From Abditibacterium sp. (GTDB taxonomy: Bacteria; Armatimonadota; Abditibacteriia; Abditibacteriales; Abditibacteriaceae), in NCBI GenBank assembly GCA_965199495.1, contig CBDASK010000003.1, forward strand, positions 1,440,001 through 1,504,000: 64,000 bases of DNA, written 5' to 3'. Below are positions 10,159 to 19,728 of this stretch, in pieces. The notes below the pieces were generated by a model. The model worked only from the letters and a program-made list of their open reading frames with translations. It ran no database searches and had not been told where the DNA came from. Each line of letters starts with the position of its first letter. The stretch's first letter is position 1. The position numbers and the translations under genes are program-made.

Positions 10159-11295
10159 GTGCCCGGAATTTACGTTCATATCCCGTTTTGCGCGCGGCGT
10201 TGCCCCTACTGCGATTTCGCCGTAACGATAAACTCGCGCGCCGATTTTCGGGCGGCTTACGTTGCGGCGCTCACGCGCGAGCTGCAAAACGAATTGAACG
10301 CGCGCGATTGCACGTTCGACACGGTATTTTTCGGCGGCGGCACGCCGACCGAACTCGACGTGGCTGCATTGAACGGCTTGCTTCAAACCATTCGCGAAAG
10401 CGGCAAATTGGCGAGCGATGCCGAAGTTGCGCTCGAAGCCAATCCCGAAAATCTCGATTTCGATTATTTGAGCGAACTCAAAAACGGCGGTTGGAATCGT
10501 CTGTCGCTGGGCGCGCAGAGTTTTTCGATTCAAGCGTTGGAAAAGTTTGGGCGCGCGCACGCTCCCGAAAAAATTGACGAAGTCGTCGCAGCGGCGCGCG
10601 CGGCGGGCTTCACTAACATTTCGCTCGACTTGATTTATGGCGAAGGTTTTACGTCGTTGCCCGCGTGGCGCGAAACGTTGCGGCGCGCTTTGGCGCTCGA
10701 TGTCGAGCATTTGTCGTGTTATTCGCTGACGATTGAATCGGGCACGCACTTCGGCACTTTGGCGGCGCGCGGATTGTTGAAAGTTCCGACCGATGACGCG
10801 CAGGCCGATTTGATGGAGGCAGCGACGCAAATGTTGGGCGCGGCGGGTTTGGAGCGTTACGAGGTTTCTAATTGGGCGAAACCGGGTTTCGAGTGCCGCC
10901 ATAATTTGAATTATTGGCGCGGCGGCGATTATCTGGCGGCGGGTTGCGGCGCGCACGGTCACTGGGGCGGCACGCGTTGGTGGAATGTCCGCGATGCCAA
11001 AAATTATATCGCGCGCATGAACCAAAGCGGAAGCGCGCGCGAGGGCGAAGAAAATTTGGATGCGCGCGAGCGTTTGAGCGAATATATTGCTTTGGGCGTG
11101 CGGTTGCGCGAGGGTTTCGATTTGGACGAACTGGACGTGCGATTGGGTTTGGACGCGCGCGCGCTACTTGGCGACGGTTTAGTGTTTCTAAGCCAAGCGG
11201 GCGCCCTTCAACAAGACGGCGCAAAAGTGCGCCCGGCGCCCGACGCGATGGCCATTGCCGATGGCATGGCGCTGCGACTGCTCCGCGAAATTTAA
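10159..11295 (+). CDS. hemW: Radical SAM heme chaperone HemW (HemN-like)
   Basis: YVHIPFCARRCPYCDF, FGGGTP, YEVSNWA, CRHNLNYW; GTG start chosen downstream of repeat. Confidence 0.9.
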   Translation: MPGIYVHIPFCARRCPYCDFAVTINSRADFRAAYVAALTRELQNELNARDCTFDTVFFGGGTPTELDVAALNGLLQTIRESGKLASDAEVALEANPENLDFDYLSELKNGGWNRLSLGAQSFSIQALEKFGRAHAPEKIDEVVAAARAAGFTNISLDLIYGEGFTSLPAWRETLRRALALDVEHLSCYSLTIESGTHFGTLAARGLLKVPTDDAQADLMEAATQMLGAAGLERYEVSNWAKPGFECRHNLNYWRGGDYLAAGCGAHGHWGGTRWWNVRDAKNYIARMNQSGSAREGEENLDARERLSEYIALGVRLREGFDLDELDVRLGLDARALLGDGLVFLSQAGALQQDGAKVRPAPDAMAIADGMALRLLREI

Positions 11296-11370
11296 TTTGG
11301 AAGTCGAGGGTCGGCAGACGTTTTACTGGCTCCTGACTTATTGCTCTCAACTTCTTATACTCCTATAAGC

Positions 11371-12957
11371 ATGAACATCACAAACCTCAGGGCACTCACC
11401 GGATTGACGTTGGTTGCAGCGGGAATCGCGATTCCCAATGCGCGTGCGCAAAGCCCACGCACGGTTTATCTTTACAATGCTTCGTTGGGAACATCTACGG
11501 CGAGTGTGGCGAGCGCCAAAACCGCGTCCTGGGGTAACGGCGAAATCAAAGCCACGCGCCAACCCGTCCAATATGAAGGCGCCAGCGTGTTGCAAGTCAC
11601 CACGCGCAACTTCGCCGAGGGCGCGCGCTTCGATCTGAAAACGCCCATCAACATTGATTCGTATATCGAAAAAGGTTTCGTTCGTCTGCGCCTGAAATTC
11701 GCCACCGATACCTCGTTCGCGGGCGGCTTCCCCGGACAAGGCGGCGGTTTTCCGGGCGGCCCCGGCGGTGGCGGCTTTCCCGGTGGCGGTGGTGGTTTCC
11801 CCGGTGGCGGATTTCCCGGTGGCGGCGGTGGCTTCGACCCGCGTGGTGGCGGCGGCTTTCAGGGCGGCGGCTTTCGCGGCAACGGATTGATGACGCCGCG
11901 CACGCAGGCCAACGCGCAGTTTGGCGCGCCCGGCGCGTTGCCACCGATAGGCGGTGGACAGGGGTTCGACCCGCGCGGCGGCGGCTTTGATCCACGCGGC
12001 GGCGGCTTTCCCGGTGGCCCCAGTGGAGGGTTTCCCGGCGGAGATGGATTGGACGGCGGCTTTTCTGGCTTTCCAACGGGGCCAGCGCCACAAAAGACCG
12101 ACATCACCGATTTGCGCGTGACGTTGGTGCGCGAGAACGGAGCGTTGGTCGGCAACATTCCCATAGATTTGGAGAAAACGACGCCCGACGATGGCGGTTG
12201 GCGCTTGTTCGTGTTGCCGATTAGCCAAATGAAGGCGACGCCCGGCAGCAGTGGCGCGGTTTCTCGCGTCGTGCTGACCAGCGATGAGGAAGACACCTTT
12301 TTCATGGCGCAGGCCGCGCTGGTGATCGAAACCGGCAAAATGGAAGTCTCCATTCGCTCAGCCGATTCCCCCGAAGGCTCGCAGGTGGCCGAGGTCACCG
12401 TCAAACCGGGGCCAGTCACGCTCATCGCCGATGTCGAAGCGGGCGCCGCCGACCCGCAGGTCGAATGGAATTTCGACGCCGATAACGTCGGCAACTTCGC
12501 TCCGCCCACACCGCCCGGTGGTTTCCCCGGCGGATTCCCCGGTGGCCCCGAAGGCGGCGGATTCGACCCACGAGGCGGTGGCGGATTTCCCGGTGCTGGC
12601 GGTGGCTTCGACCCACGCGGCGGCGGTGGTGGATTCGACCCACGCGGTGGCGGCGGTTTTCCGGGCGGTGGCGGATTTCCCGGCGCTGGCGGTTTCGACC
12701 CACGCGGCGGCGGTGGCGGTTTCCCCGGCGCTGGCGGTTTTCCGGGCGGTGGCGGTGGCTTTCCCGGCGGGCCGGGCGGCTTTGGCCCCGATGGTACGCC
12801 CATAGCGCTGGGGCCGCGCGTGGATGCGCGTGGTTTGACGGCGACGTTCACTTATCCCAACGAAGAGCAGAATTATCGGGTGGAAGTCAAAGTGACCGAT
12901 AAAAGCGGCAAGAAAGATCCAGTGACTTCATCAATCATCGTGAAAGTGCGTAATTAA
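11371..12957 (+). CDS. Secreted protein with two Gly-rich GGFPGG/GFDPRGG repeat blocks and C-terminal PKD-like domain
   Basis: Signal peptide; beta-rich segments; VEWNFD...ATFTYP...YRVEVKVTD PKD-like signature split by repeats. Confidence 0.7.
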   Translation: MNITNLRALTGLTLVAAGIAIPNARAQSPRTVYLYNASLGTSTASVASAKTASWGNGEIKATRQPVQYEGASVLQVTTRNFAEGARFDLKTPINIDSYIEKGFVRLRLKFATDTSFAGGFPGQGGGFPGGPGGGGFPGGGGGFPGGGFPGGGGGFDPRGGGGFQGGGFRGNGLMTPRTQANAQFGAPGALPPIGGGQGFDPRGGGFDPRGGGFPGGPSGGFPGGDGLDGGFSGFPTGPAPQKTDITDLRVTLVRENGALVGNIPIDLEKTTPDDGGWRLFVLPISQMKATPGSSGAVSRVVLTSDEEDTFFMAQAALVIETGKMEVSIRSADSPEGSQVAEVTVKPGPVTLIADVEAGAADPQVEWNFDADNVGNFAPPTPPGGFPGGFPGGPEGGGFDPRGGGGFPGAGGGFDPRGGGGGFDPRGGGGFPGGGGFPGAGGFDPRGGGGGFPGAGGFPGGGGGFPGGPGGFGPDGTPIALGPRVDARGLTATFTYPNEEQNYRVEVKVTDKSGKKDPVTSSIIVKVRN

Positions 12958-12974
12958 ACCAGCGATGCCAGCTC

Positions 12975-13018
12975 AATTCCACAAGTTCTCGCGCGAGTCG
13001 GAGCTTGTGGAATTTTTT
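12975..13018 (+). terminator. Probable intrinsic terminator
   Basis: aattccacaagttc...gagcttgtggaatt followed by T-run. Confidence 0.6.
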
Positions 13019-13048
13019 CTATCGAATTGTCGATTTCTCACTTTTTCA

Positions 13049-13906
13049 ATGAACAGCTGCGCAACTTTAGAAAATCCCATTGAAATTAGCGGCGTGGGTT
13101 TACATAGCGGACAATCGGTCAATGTGACTTTGCGGCCCAGCGCACGAGCTGGCATTGTGTTCGCGCGCGTTGATTTGCCCGGCACGCCGCAGGTCGAAGC
13201 CAGTTGGCGTAACGTCACCACAACCACGCACGCGACGACGCTGCAACAGAGCCACGCCAGCGTGATGACGACCGAACATCTGTTGGCCGCGCTGTGGGCG
13301 GGCGGCGTTACGCATTGTCGCGTCGAACTCGACGCGCCCGAAGTGCCGATTCTCGACGGCAGTGCAAAACTGTGGTGCGAGGCGATTGAACGCGCGGGCG
13401 TGCGCCCATTGGACGAAGCGCGCCCGACATTAACCCTGCGCGAACCCGTCTGGATCGCACAGGGAGAAACTTCGGTTTTCGCTCTCCCCTGTTCAGACTT
13501 TCGCGTTTCAGTCGCCGTAAATTTCGATGTCGCCCACGCGGGTGCGCAGGTTTTCGACGCATGGATTTCGCCCCAAACCTTCGCGGAAGCCATCGCCGAT
13601 GCGCGCACTTTTACCTTACAAAGTTGGATCGAGCCGTTGCAAAAAGCGGGTTTGATTCGCGGTGGCTCGCTCGACAACGCGATTCTCATTGACGATAACG
13701 GTTGGTCATCGCCACCGCGTTTTTCCAACGAGTTGGCGCGCCACAAAGCGCTCGATTTGGTTGGCGATCTGGCGTTACTGTTTGGCCCGGCGCGATTTTG
13801 TGGACATATCATAGCCACGCGTGCCGGACATGGCGCGCACCGATTGTGGATGGAAGAGTGCCGCCGCAAAAACGCCTTGGTAACAGCACAAAAACACTTT
13901 AGTTGA
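13049..13906 (+). CDS. lpxC: UDP-3-O-acyl-GlcNAc deacetylase
   Basis: GVGLHSG, TEHLLAAL, EVPILDGSA, ARTF, RHKALDLVGDL, AGH. Confidence 0.93.
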   Translation: MNSCATLENPIEISGVGLHSGQSVNVTLRPSARAGIVFARVDLPGTPQVEASWRNVTTTTHATTLQQSHASVMTTEHLLAALWAGGVTHCRVELDAPEVPILDGSAKLWCEAIERAGVRPLDEARPTLTLREPVWIAQGETSVFALPCSDFRVSVAVNFDVAHAGAQVFDAWISPQTFAEAIADARTFTLQSWIEPLQKAGLIRGGSLDNAILIDDNGWSSPPRFSNELARHKALDLVGDLALLFGPARFCGHIIATRAGHGAHRLWMEECRRKNALVTAQKHFS

Positions 13907-14084
13907 CAGATTTATTCTGTTAGACTATAGCAATACGTGCGATAATTAATGAAGCAGACGCCCTCGATTGCCAGTCTTCTATAATTATCTTAACCTTTCG
14001 GCTGTTTCAAAAGTGAGTTGCGCGGGTATAATTAAGGCGAGCCTTCGCAATTTTCCCAATTTCTCCGCGCGCTCTTTCGTTATT

Positions 14085-14759
14085 ATGTATTCCTTTCTCC
14101 CGAATTCCACTCCCCTTAAACGCGAGCGGAACGCTTTCACCCTTATAGAGCTGCTCGTGGTGATCGCCATAATCGCCATCCTTGCCGCCATTTTGTTCCC
14201 CGTCTTCGCCCGCGCCCGTGAAAATGCGCGCCGTAGCTCCTGCCAATCCAATCTCAGGCAAATCGGTTTGGGCATGATGCAATATACGCAGGATTATGAC
14301 GAGAAGTTTGTGACCCAAACCATCGATCCTACGGTGCCAACCAACTTTTTGTTTTTCGGCAATCAATTGCAGCCCTACCTCAAAAGCACGCAGATTTTCG
14401 TGTGTCCTTCCGCAAGCGGTTCGGAGTATTCATTGGCCAATCCCGGAACCGCTCCAACAGATGGAAAAGACCATGTTTGGACGGCACCAGCAGGTTCTAA
14501 CATCCCCATGAGTCCAATGAAAGGAACCTATGGTTTGAGTTCCATTGTGGATGGCTCTTCTTTGGCGGAGATTACGGTTCCCGTCAAGACGCCAATGTTT
14601 ATGGAAGCAACGGATATTTCAGCCGTTGGCGGCGCGACTCCGCAGATTCGCAATGCTCGCCGCCACTTTGACGGCAGCAACTTTTGTTTTGTCGATGGCC
14701 ATGTGAAATTTCAAACGGACGCACAAAGCTACGTCATGGATTTCTTCCCGACTTCTTAA
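14085..14759 (+). CDS. DUF1559-type prepilin N-terminal cleavage/methylation protein with H-X9-DG motif
   Basis: [57 protein letters not shown]. Confidence 0.92.
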   Translation: MYSFLPNSTPLKRERNAFTLIELLVVIAIIAILAAILFPVFARARENARRSSCQSNLRQIGLGMMQYTQDYDEKFVTQTIDPTVPTNFLFFGNQLQPYLKSTQIFVCPSASGSEYSLANPGTAPTDGKDHVWTAPAGSNIPMSPMKGTYGLSSIVDGSSLAEITVPVKTPMFMEATDISAVGGATPQIRNARRHFDGSNFCFVDGHVKFQTDAQSYVMDFFPTS

Positions 14760-14774
14760 ATAGCCCGACCCAAG

Positions 14775-14807
14775 AAAACGCCGCCCAAATTTTGGGCGGC
14801 GTTTTTT
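14775..14807 (+). terminator. Intrinsic terminator
   Basis: aaaacgccgcccaa-at-tttgggcggcgtttttt. Confidence 0.8.
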
Positions 14808-14845
14808 GACACGCGTTTGCGCGCCATGAAGTAAAATTTTAGGTC

Positions 14846-15607
14846 ATGGCTTACGGCGAATTTCATTATTTTTCTTCCGCGCTGGGCAAGGCAGCCACCT
14901 GCAACGTCATCTTCCCCGAAGAGACCGACTCGCCCGGCCCCTACCCGGTTTATTATCTGTTGCACGGCCTGAGCGACGATTACTCGGCGTGGCAACGGCG
15001 CACCTCCATCGAGCGTTACGTTCAAACTTTGCCGCTCATCGTCGTGATGCCCGACGGCGGGCGTGGCTGGTATTCCAACGCGCACGCGGGCGCCAAATAC
15101 GAAGACGCGATAATTAACGATTGCATTGGTTTCATTGACCGCACTTTCCACACCGATGCGCGACGCGAGGCGCGCGCGATTGGCGGGCTTTCGATGGGCG
15201 GTTACGGTGCGCTAAAACTGGCGCTGCAACATCCCGATAAATTTATCAGCGCCAACGGACATTCAGGTGCCTACGGATTTGGCCACGCGCAGTGGCGCAA
15301 CGAAGAAAGCGAATTTAGTCGGATTATCGGGCCGCAACCAAGCGGCGGGCCGCTCGATTTATGGAAAATAGCCGCCGATTGCGCGCCCGAAAATCGCCCG
15401 GCATTGCGCATTGACTGCGGCACCAGCGATTTTCTCATCGAATCGAATCGTGAGTTTCACGGGCACCTGAACGATTTAGGTATCGTTCACGATTATGAGG
15501 AGTTTCCCGGCGCCCACGATTGGGCGTATTGGGACAAGCACGTTCAAAGCGCGCTGCGTTTTCACGCGCGCCATCTGGGCATTTCTAAGCCGCGCGTGCG
15601 CGGGTGA
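14846..15607 (+). CDS. Alpha/beta hydrolase esterase (FrmB/tributyrin esterase family)
   Basis: YLLHGL, GLSMGG nucleophile, CGTSD, GAHDW. Confidence 0.88.
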   Translation: MAYGEFHYFSSALGKAATCNVIFPEETDSPGPYPVYYLLHGLSDDYSAWQRRTSIERYVQTLPLIVVMPDGGRGWYSNAHAGAKYEDAIINDCIGFIDRTFHTDARREARAIGGLSMGGYGALKLALQHPDKFISANGHSGAYGFGHAQWRNEESEFSRIIGPQPSGGPLDLWKIAADCAPENRPALRIDCGTSDFLIESNREFHGHLNDLGIVHDYEEFPGAHDWAYWDKHVQSALRFHARHLGISKPRVRG

Positions 15608-15658
15608 TTACTCCGATTTTACTGGAGTTATTGTCGGAGTATTCTTTGCAAATGCACG

Positions 15659-15825
15659 AATGCACCGTTCTGCGGGGCTGACGCCCTCTTCCAATCGGCG
15701 GTCTCTTCGAGGAACTTAGCCGATTGGAAGATTGTATCGCCTTACGAGCAGCATGAACGAGACTGCCCGCTCTCCGAAGAGACCGCCGATTGGAAGAGGG
15801 CGTCAGCCCCGCAGAACGGTGCATT
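15659..15825. repeat. Long inverted-repeat element, family D
   Basis: Arms aatgcaccgttctgcggggctgacgccctcttccaatcggcggtctcttcg and reverse complement, between convergent genes. Confidence 0.9.
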
Positions 15826-15851
15826 GGTCAGAAAATATTGTGAATAGGCGT

Positions 15852-16091
15852 TCAGCTTCCGATTTTGCTGGCGCTCGAACGCATCTGTTTGGGCGTGGCT
15901 TGCGAACCGCCGCCCTGCGATTTATCGGCGCTGGGATCGGGGCGTTTTTCTTTGGCGGCGCGATTGCTGGCCTGCGCGGATTGGCGCGCCTTTAATTTTT
16001 GCAGCGGAGTCATATTGGTCTGGCCCCCCGCTTCGATGGCGTCAATGTCGGCGGCGGGTTCGGTGGAAAGATTTTTTTCTGGTTTTGCCAT
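15852..16091 (-). CDS. Small hydrophilic hypothetical protein
   Basis: 79 aa, Lys/Ala/Gln-rich; AGGA upstream of ATG; fills intergenic gap. Confidence 0.55.
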   Translation of the reverse strand: MAKPEKNLSTEPAADIDAIEAGGQTNMTPLQKLKARQSAQASNRAAKEKRPDPSADKSQGGGSQATPKQMRSSASKIGS

Positions 16092-16207
16092 AATGTTTTT
16101 CCTGTTGTGGAGACGGTTAGTTTAATCTTTAACGCAGCCACGTCGGCGCCGTGGCTGCGATGTCGCTCTAAAGATTTTGGCAGAATTGTCGAAAACAGCC
16201 GTATTTT

Positions 16208-17149
16208 ATGAAATGGATTCGAGATCACTGGCGCTGGGCGCTCAAAGGCGTGGTGCTGGCGGGCCTTTTAATCGCGGGCGCCAAATATCTGAGCGGCGGC
16301 CAATTCTGGAACGCCATCGGTCATTTTCGCTGGATTTATGCGCTACCGATTACAGCTTTGACGCTACTTTATGTGATGATTCGCGGCGCTCGCTTTGGCG
16401 TGCCGCTGCATTATCTCGCCGGATTAAACCGCCTGACGGCGGGCGTGGCTTCGGCGTCGGGTGAGGGCGCCGCACTGATGCCCGGCGGCGTGATGACTTA
16501 TCTCGCGATGCTCAAAGAAGTCGGTGTCAAAGTCGGGCGTAGCGGCGCCACGGTCGCTTGGGTCAGCGTTTTAGATCAAGGATTATTCGTTTCGCTTTCC
16601 CTCATTGCCTCGCTGTGGCTGCCCGCCGCACGCCGGGGCGCCTTCGCGGTTTTGACAATGTTAATCCTCTTCGGTGTATCGCTGGCGATTCCCATGACGC
16701 GCCTGTGGCTGAGCGTCGCGTGGGAAAGTTTGCTGCTCAAAATCGGCGCGTTGGTTTCGTGGCGCGACGGCTTGAGCGCGATGCGCGATTTGCTCAACGC
16801 GCGCGTGATGGGCGAGGGATTATTGCTCACGCTGGGCGCGGCGTTGGCGATGGCGGGCGCGCTCAATCTGGCGGTTTCGGGATTGGGCGCCGACATCACG
16901 TTTGCCTCGGCTTTGCTCGCCTACACGCTCTCTTCGATGCTGGGCCGCCTGACGCCTTTGCCGGGCGGCGTTGGTGTGACCGAAGCGGCCCTCGTGGGCG
17001 TATTGCACCAAGTCGGCGGCCTCAATTTGGAGCAGGCCGCAGCAGCCACGGCGATCTTTCGCGTCGGCACGACGCTGTTTAGCGCAGTCGTCGGCACGAC
17101 GGTTTATGCGCTGTGGTGGAATCGGCGCGTGGCGCACGAAGCGAGTTAA
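16208..17149 (+). CDS. Flippase-like / lysylphosphatidylglycerol synthase TM family (UPF0104) protein
   Basis: Multi-TM; PLPGGVGVTEA motif. Confidence 0.8.
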   Translation: MKWIRDHWRWALKGVVLAGLLIAGAKYLSGGQFWNAIGHFRWIYALPITALTLLYVMIRGARFGVPLHYLAGLNRLTAGVASASGEGAALMPGGVMTYLAMLKEVGVKVGRSGATVAWVSVLDQGLFVSLSLIASLWLPAARRGAFAVLTMLILFGVSLAIPMTRLWLSVAWESLLLKIGALVSWRDGLSAMRDLLNARVMGEGLLLTLGAALAMAGALNLAVSGLGADITFASALLAYTLSSMLGRLTPLPGGVGVTEAALVGVLHQVGGLNLEQAAAATAIFRVGTTLFSAVVGTTVYALWWNRRVAHEAS

Positions 17150-17217
17150 ATGACTTCGCTCAATCTCTGAAGCCAATTAATCGGGAAAAAGAAGCTCGGT
17201 AGTATTCAACTCAAACC

Positions 17218-17342
17218 AGCGACTAAAGTCGCGGCAACATAGAGCAAAGTCCGCCTACGCGGACTGAAATTATAACCGTTTAGGTTTCGCTCGCAGTCCG
17301 CGTAGGCGGACTTTGCTCTATGTTGCCGCAACTTTAGTCGCT
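17218..17342. repeat. REP-like inverted-repeat element related to family A
   Basis: 49-bp arms agcgactaaagtcgcggcaacatagagcaaagtccgcctacgcggactg with 1 mismatch; between convergent genes. Confidence 0.88.
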
Positions 17343-17372
17343 TGCAAAAGATTGGTTTCTTTTTCTGACTAC

Positions 17373-18359
17373 TTAATTTTTATTTCCCTCTGCATTGGAA
17401 TCACCCTTCGTATTGTCCTTCGCGCGTAGAGACGCCGCGATTTTCGATTTTTCGGGCGCCTGTCCCTCGCCTTTGGGCCAGCCTTCGCGCTGAGCCGCGC
17501 GGTCGCCGTCGGTGGCTTCGGTTTGGTCGTGCCACAAAATCTGTTGAGTCGGGAACGGCATATCAATGCCCGCCTGAGTCAGCGCGCCTTTGATCTGTTC
17601 CAAAACTTTGTCCTGCACATTCAGCACATCGGCCTGACGCGGCGGCGCCACCCAGTAACGAATGCGAATATTTACGCTACTGCCCGCCAGATCAACCACG
17701 ATGGCATCGGGCGCCGGATCATCCAAAACTTCTTCGATATTTCGCATCACGCCCAACATTATTTTTTTGGCCTTAGCGATGTCATCGCCATAACCGATGC
17801 CGACATCATATTGCAAACGGCGCTTTTCGTTGGCCGTATTGACCGTCACCGAGTTGGTAAATAAATTCGAGTTGGGAATCACCACGGTGCGCCCGTCGTA
17901 GGTATGAATAAAAGTCGCGCGCGTTTGAATTTCTTTGACGGTACCCTCGAAATCGTTGACTTTAATTTGGTCGCCGATGCGAAACGGCTCGGACAAAAGT
18001 ATTAAAATGCCAGCGAGAAAATTTTGCAAAATATCGCGAAAAGCAAAGCCCAGAGCCACGCTCGAAAGTCCCAAACCGCTCACCAACTGGCCGGGCGTAA
18101 AGCTGGGAATCGCGATGACTAAAGCGATGAGCAGACCGATAAAAATCATCACACCCTGCGCCAATCGGCCCAAAACCAAACCCAGACTGTAATGCTGCTG
18201 GTTGCGCTCGGCCAGTTTGCGCACCAGACTGCGCACTAATTTCCCCACAAAAAAGAAGATAAAGAAAATGATAAGGCCCAGCACGATGTAGGGCACGCGC
18301 AACAAAAATCCAGCGACCATTGTTTGCAATGAGGATGTCGCTTCCGAAAGATCGAACAT
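17373..18359 (-). CDS. mscS: Small-conductance mechanosensitive channel
   Basis: GFAFRDILQNFLAG, PFRIGDQI, VIPNS, IGYGDDI, MPFP. Confidence 0.9.
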   Translation of the reverse strand: MFDLSEATSSLQTMVAGFLLRVPYIVLGLIIFFIFFFVGKLVRSLVRKLAERNQQHYSLGLVLGRLAQGVMIFIGLLIALVIAIPSFTPGQLVSGLGLSSVALGFAFRDILQNFLAGILILLSEPFRIGDQIKVNDFEGTVKEIQTRATFIHTYDGRTVVIPNSNLFTNSVTVNTANEKRRLQYDVGIGYGDDIAKAKKIMLGVMRNIEEVLDDPAPDAIVVDLAGSSVNIRIRYWVAPPRQADVLNVQDKVLEQIKGALTQAGIDMPFPTQQILWHDQTEATDGDRAAQREGWPKGEGQAPEKSKIAASLRAKDNTKGDSNAEGNKN

Positions 18360-18444
18360 ATGGAAAACAAATGCGCCGCAAAGCCAGTGCCGCTTTCTGA
18401 GAAGAAACTCGACGGCACAAATCGCGCATCTGCGTCGTGTTCTC

Positions 18445-19338
18445 ATGCCCGAAGGCCCCGAAGTCCGCCGCTATGCCCAACAACTCGCGCAGGTTTTGGA
18501 CGGCGGTGAAATCCTCCATTTCTCCGCGCGAACCAAAGCCGCCAAGGCGTGGTTGCTCGAACACGTCACCGAACTGACCGGACAAAGAATCCTCGAAGTT
18601 CGCTCGCACGGCAAACATTTGTATGGCCGTATCGAAGGCGGTTATGGCTTTCATTCGCACTTGATGATGTGGGGCCGTTGGTTCGTGCATCCCGGCGACC
18701 AAATCGTCGAGACCGACAAGCGCGAACGCGCGCGCATCGCTACAGCCACGGCGATTGCGGTTTTGTTTTCCGCGCCGATTTTCGATGTTTTCGCGGGCGA
18801 TCCCTACGAGCAAATCGAGAATTTAGCCACGCTCGGCCCCGACATCATTCCGTATAGCGGCGCTTTCGACGCCGCCGAATTCAATCGCCGATTGCTCGAA
18901 CACGGCGACCGCGAAATTGGCGCCGCACTTTTGGATCAACGCATTTGCGCCGGAATTGGCAATTACATTCGCGCCGAAGTTTTGTTCTTCTGCGGCATTA
19001 ACCCCTTTACTTTGATTCGCGATTTAACCGCTACCAATTTCGCTTGTTTAAACCAACAAATCCCGCTCGTCGGCGGGCGCGCGTGGGCCGAACCGGGCGT
19101 ATCGGTGCCGCCGGAAATGCGCGCGCGTTTGCTTTCGGAAAACGAGTTATCTTACGGAGAAGAAATTCGCGAATTCGCCGCACGCCACGCGGTTTTCCGT
19201 CGCACTAATTTGCCGTGCTTAAATTGCGGCGAGAAAATTAAGCAAAAGCGTCAAATAATTCTCAAGTCGGAAGAAGAAAACGAGAAAGACAAATCGCGCA
19301 TCATCTATTTTTGCTCGAATTGCCAGCAAGTTGGATAG
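18445..19338 (+). CDS. Fpg/Nei family DNA glycosylase/AP lyase
   Basis: N-terminal PEGPE, HGKHL, LLDQRICAGIGN H2TH motif, CxxC...CxxC Zn finger. Confidence 0.9.
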   Translation: MPEGPEVRRYAQQLAQVLDGGEILHFSARTKAAKAWLLEHVTELTGQRILEVRSHGKHLYGRIEGGYGFHSHLMMWGRWFVHPGDQIVETDKRERARIATATAIAVLFSAPIFDVFAGDPYEQIENLATLGPDIIPYSGAFDAAEFNRRLLEHGDREIGAALLDQRICAGIGNYIRAEVLFFCGINPFTLIRDLTATNFACLNQQIPLVGGRAWAEPGVSVPPEMRARLLSENELSYGEEIREFAARHAVFRRTNLPCLNCGEKIKQKRQIILKSEEENEKDKSRIIYFCSNCQQVG

Positions 19339-19486
19339 ATTATTTTCCTGAAATTAGCCGTTTGTGCGTTCGCCGTTCCGTTCGCCGTGGCTGCATTCGT
19401 TGGGCGGATTAAACGTTATAAACGGTTTGCCTCAACGCCGATAAAAAGACGATTTCGTAGCTGAAAAACTCGCGCCTTTAGCTTTC

Positions 19487-19679
19487 AATTTAGGAGTTAC
19501 GCAGTGGCCCTCTGCTTGTCATTCTGAGCGCAGTGAGGCACGAACGAAGTCGAAGAATCCACCGGTCGCGACGAAGTTTGACGTTCGTCGGCGAATTCAC
19601 GTCATGGATTCTTCGACTTCGTTCGTGCCTCACTGCGCTCAGAATGACAAGCAGAGGGCCACTGCGTAACTCCTAAATT
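19487..19679. repeat. Composite inverted-repeat (MITE-like) element
   Basis: Outer ends taggagttacgca / tgcgtaactccta; inner tgtcattctgagcg...gaagaatcc arms; about 75-bp perfect arms. Confidence 0.9.
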
Positions 19680-19728
19680 TTTTCTTCTCCAACTCGACAC
19701 AGTAATTTTTTTTTGTTAAATTGTCTTG

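Noticed and set aside
11347..12851. Long Pro-rich or Ala-rich antisense ORFs
   Set aside because: Shadows of the Gly-rich plus-strand gene; most overlapping track ORFs are similar GC-rich shadows.
13903..13931. TTGACA-17-TATAGC promoter upstream of the DUF1559 gene
   Set aside because: The -10 lacks the conserved final T; too weak to call without TSS data.
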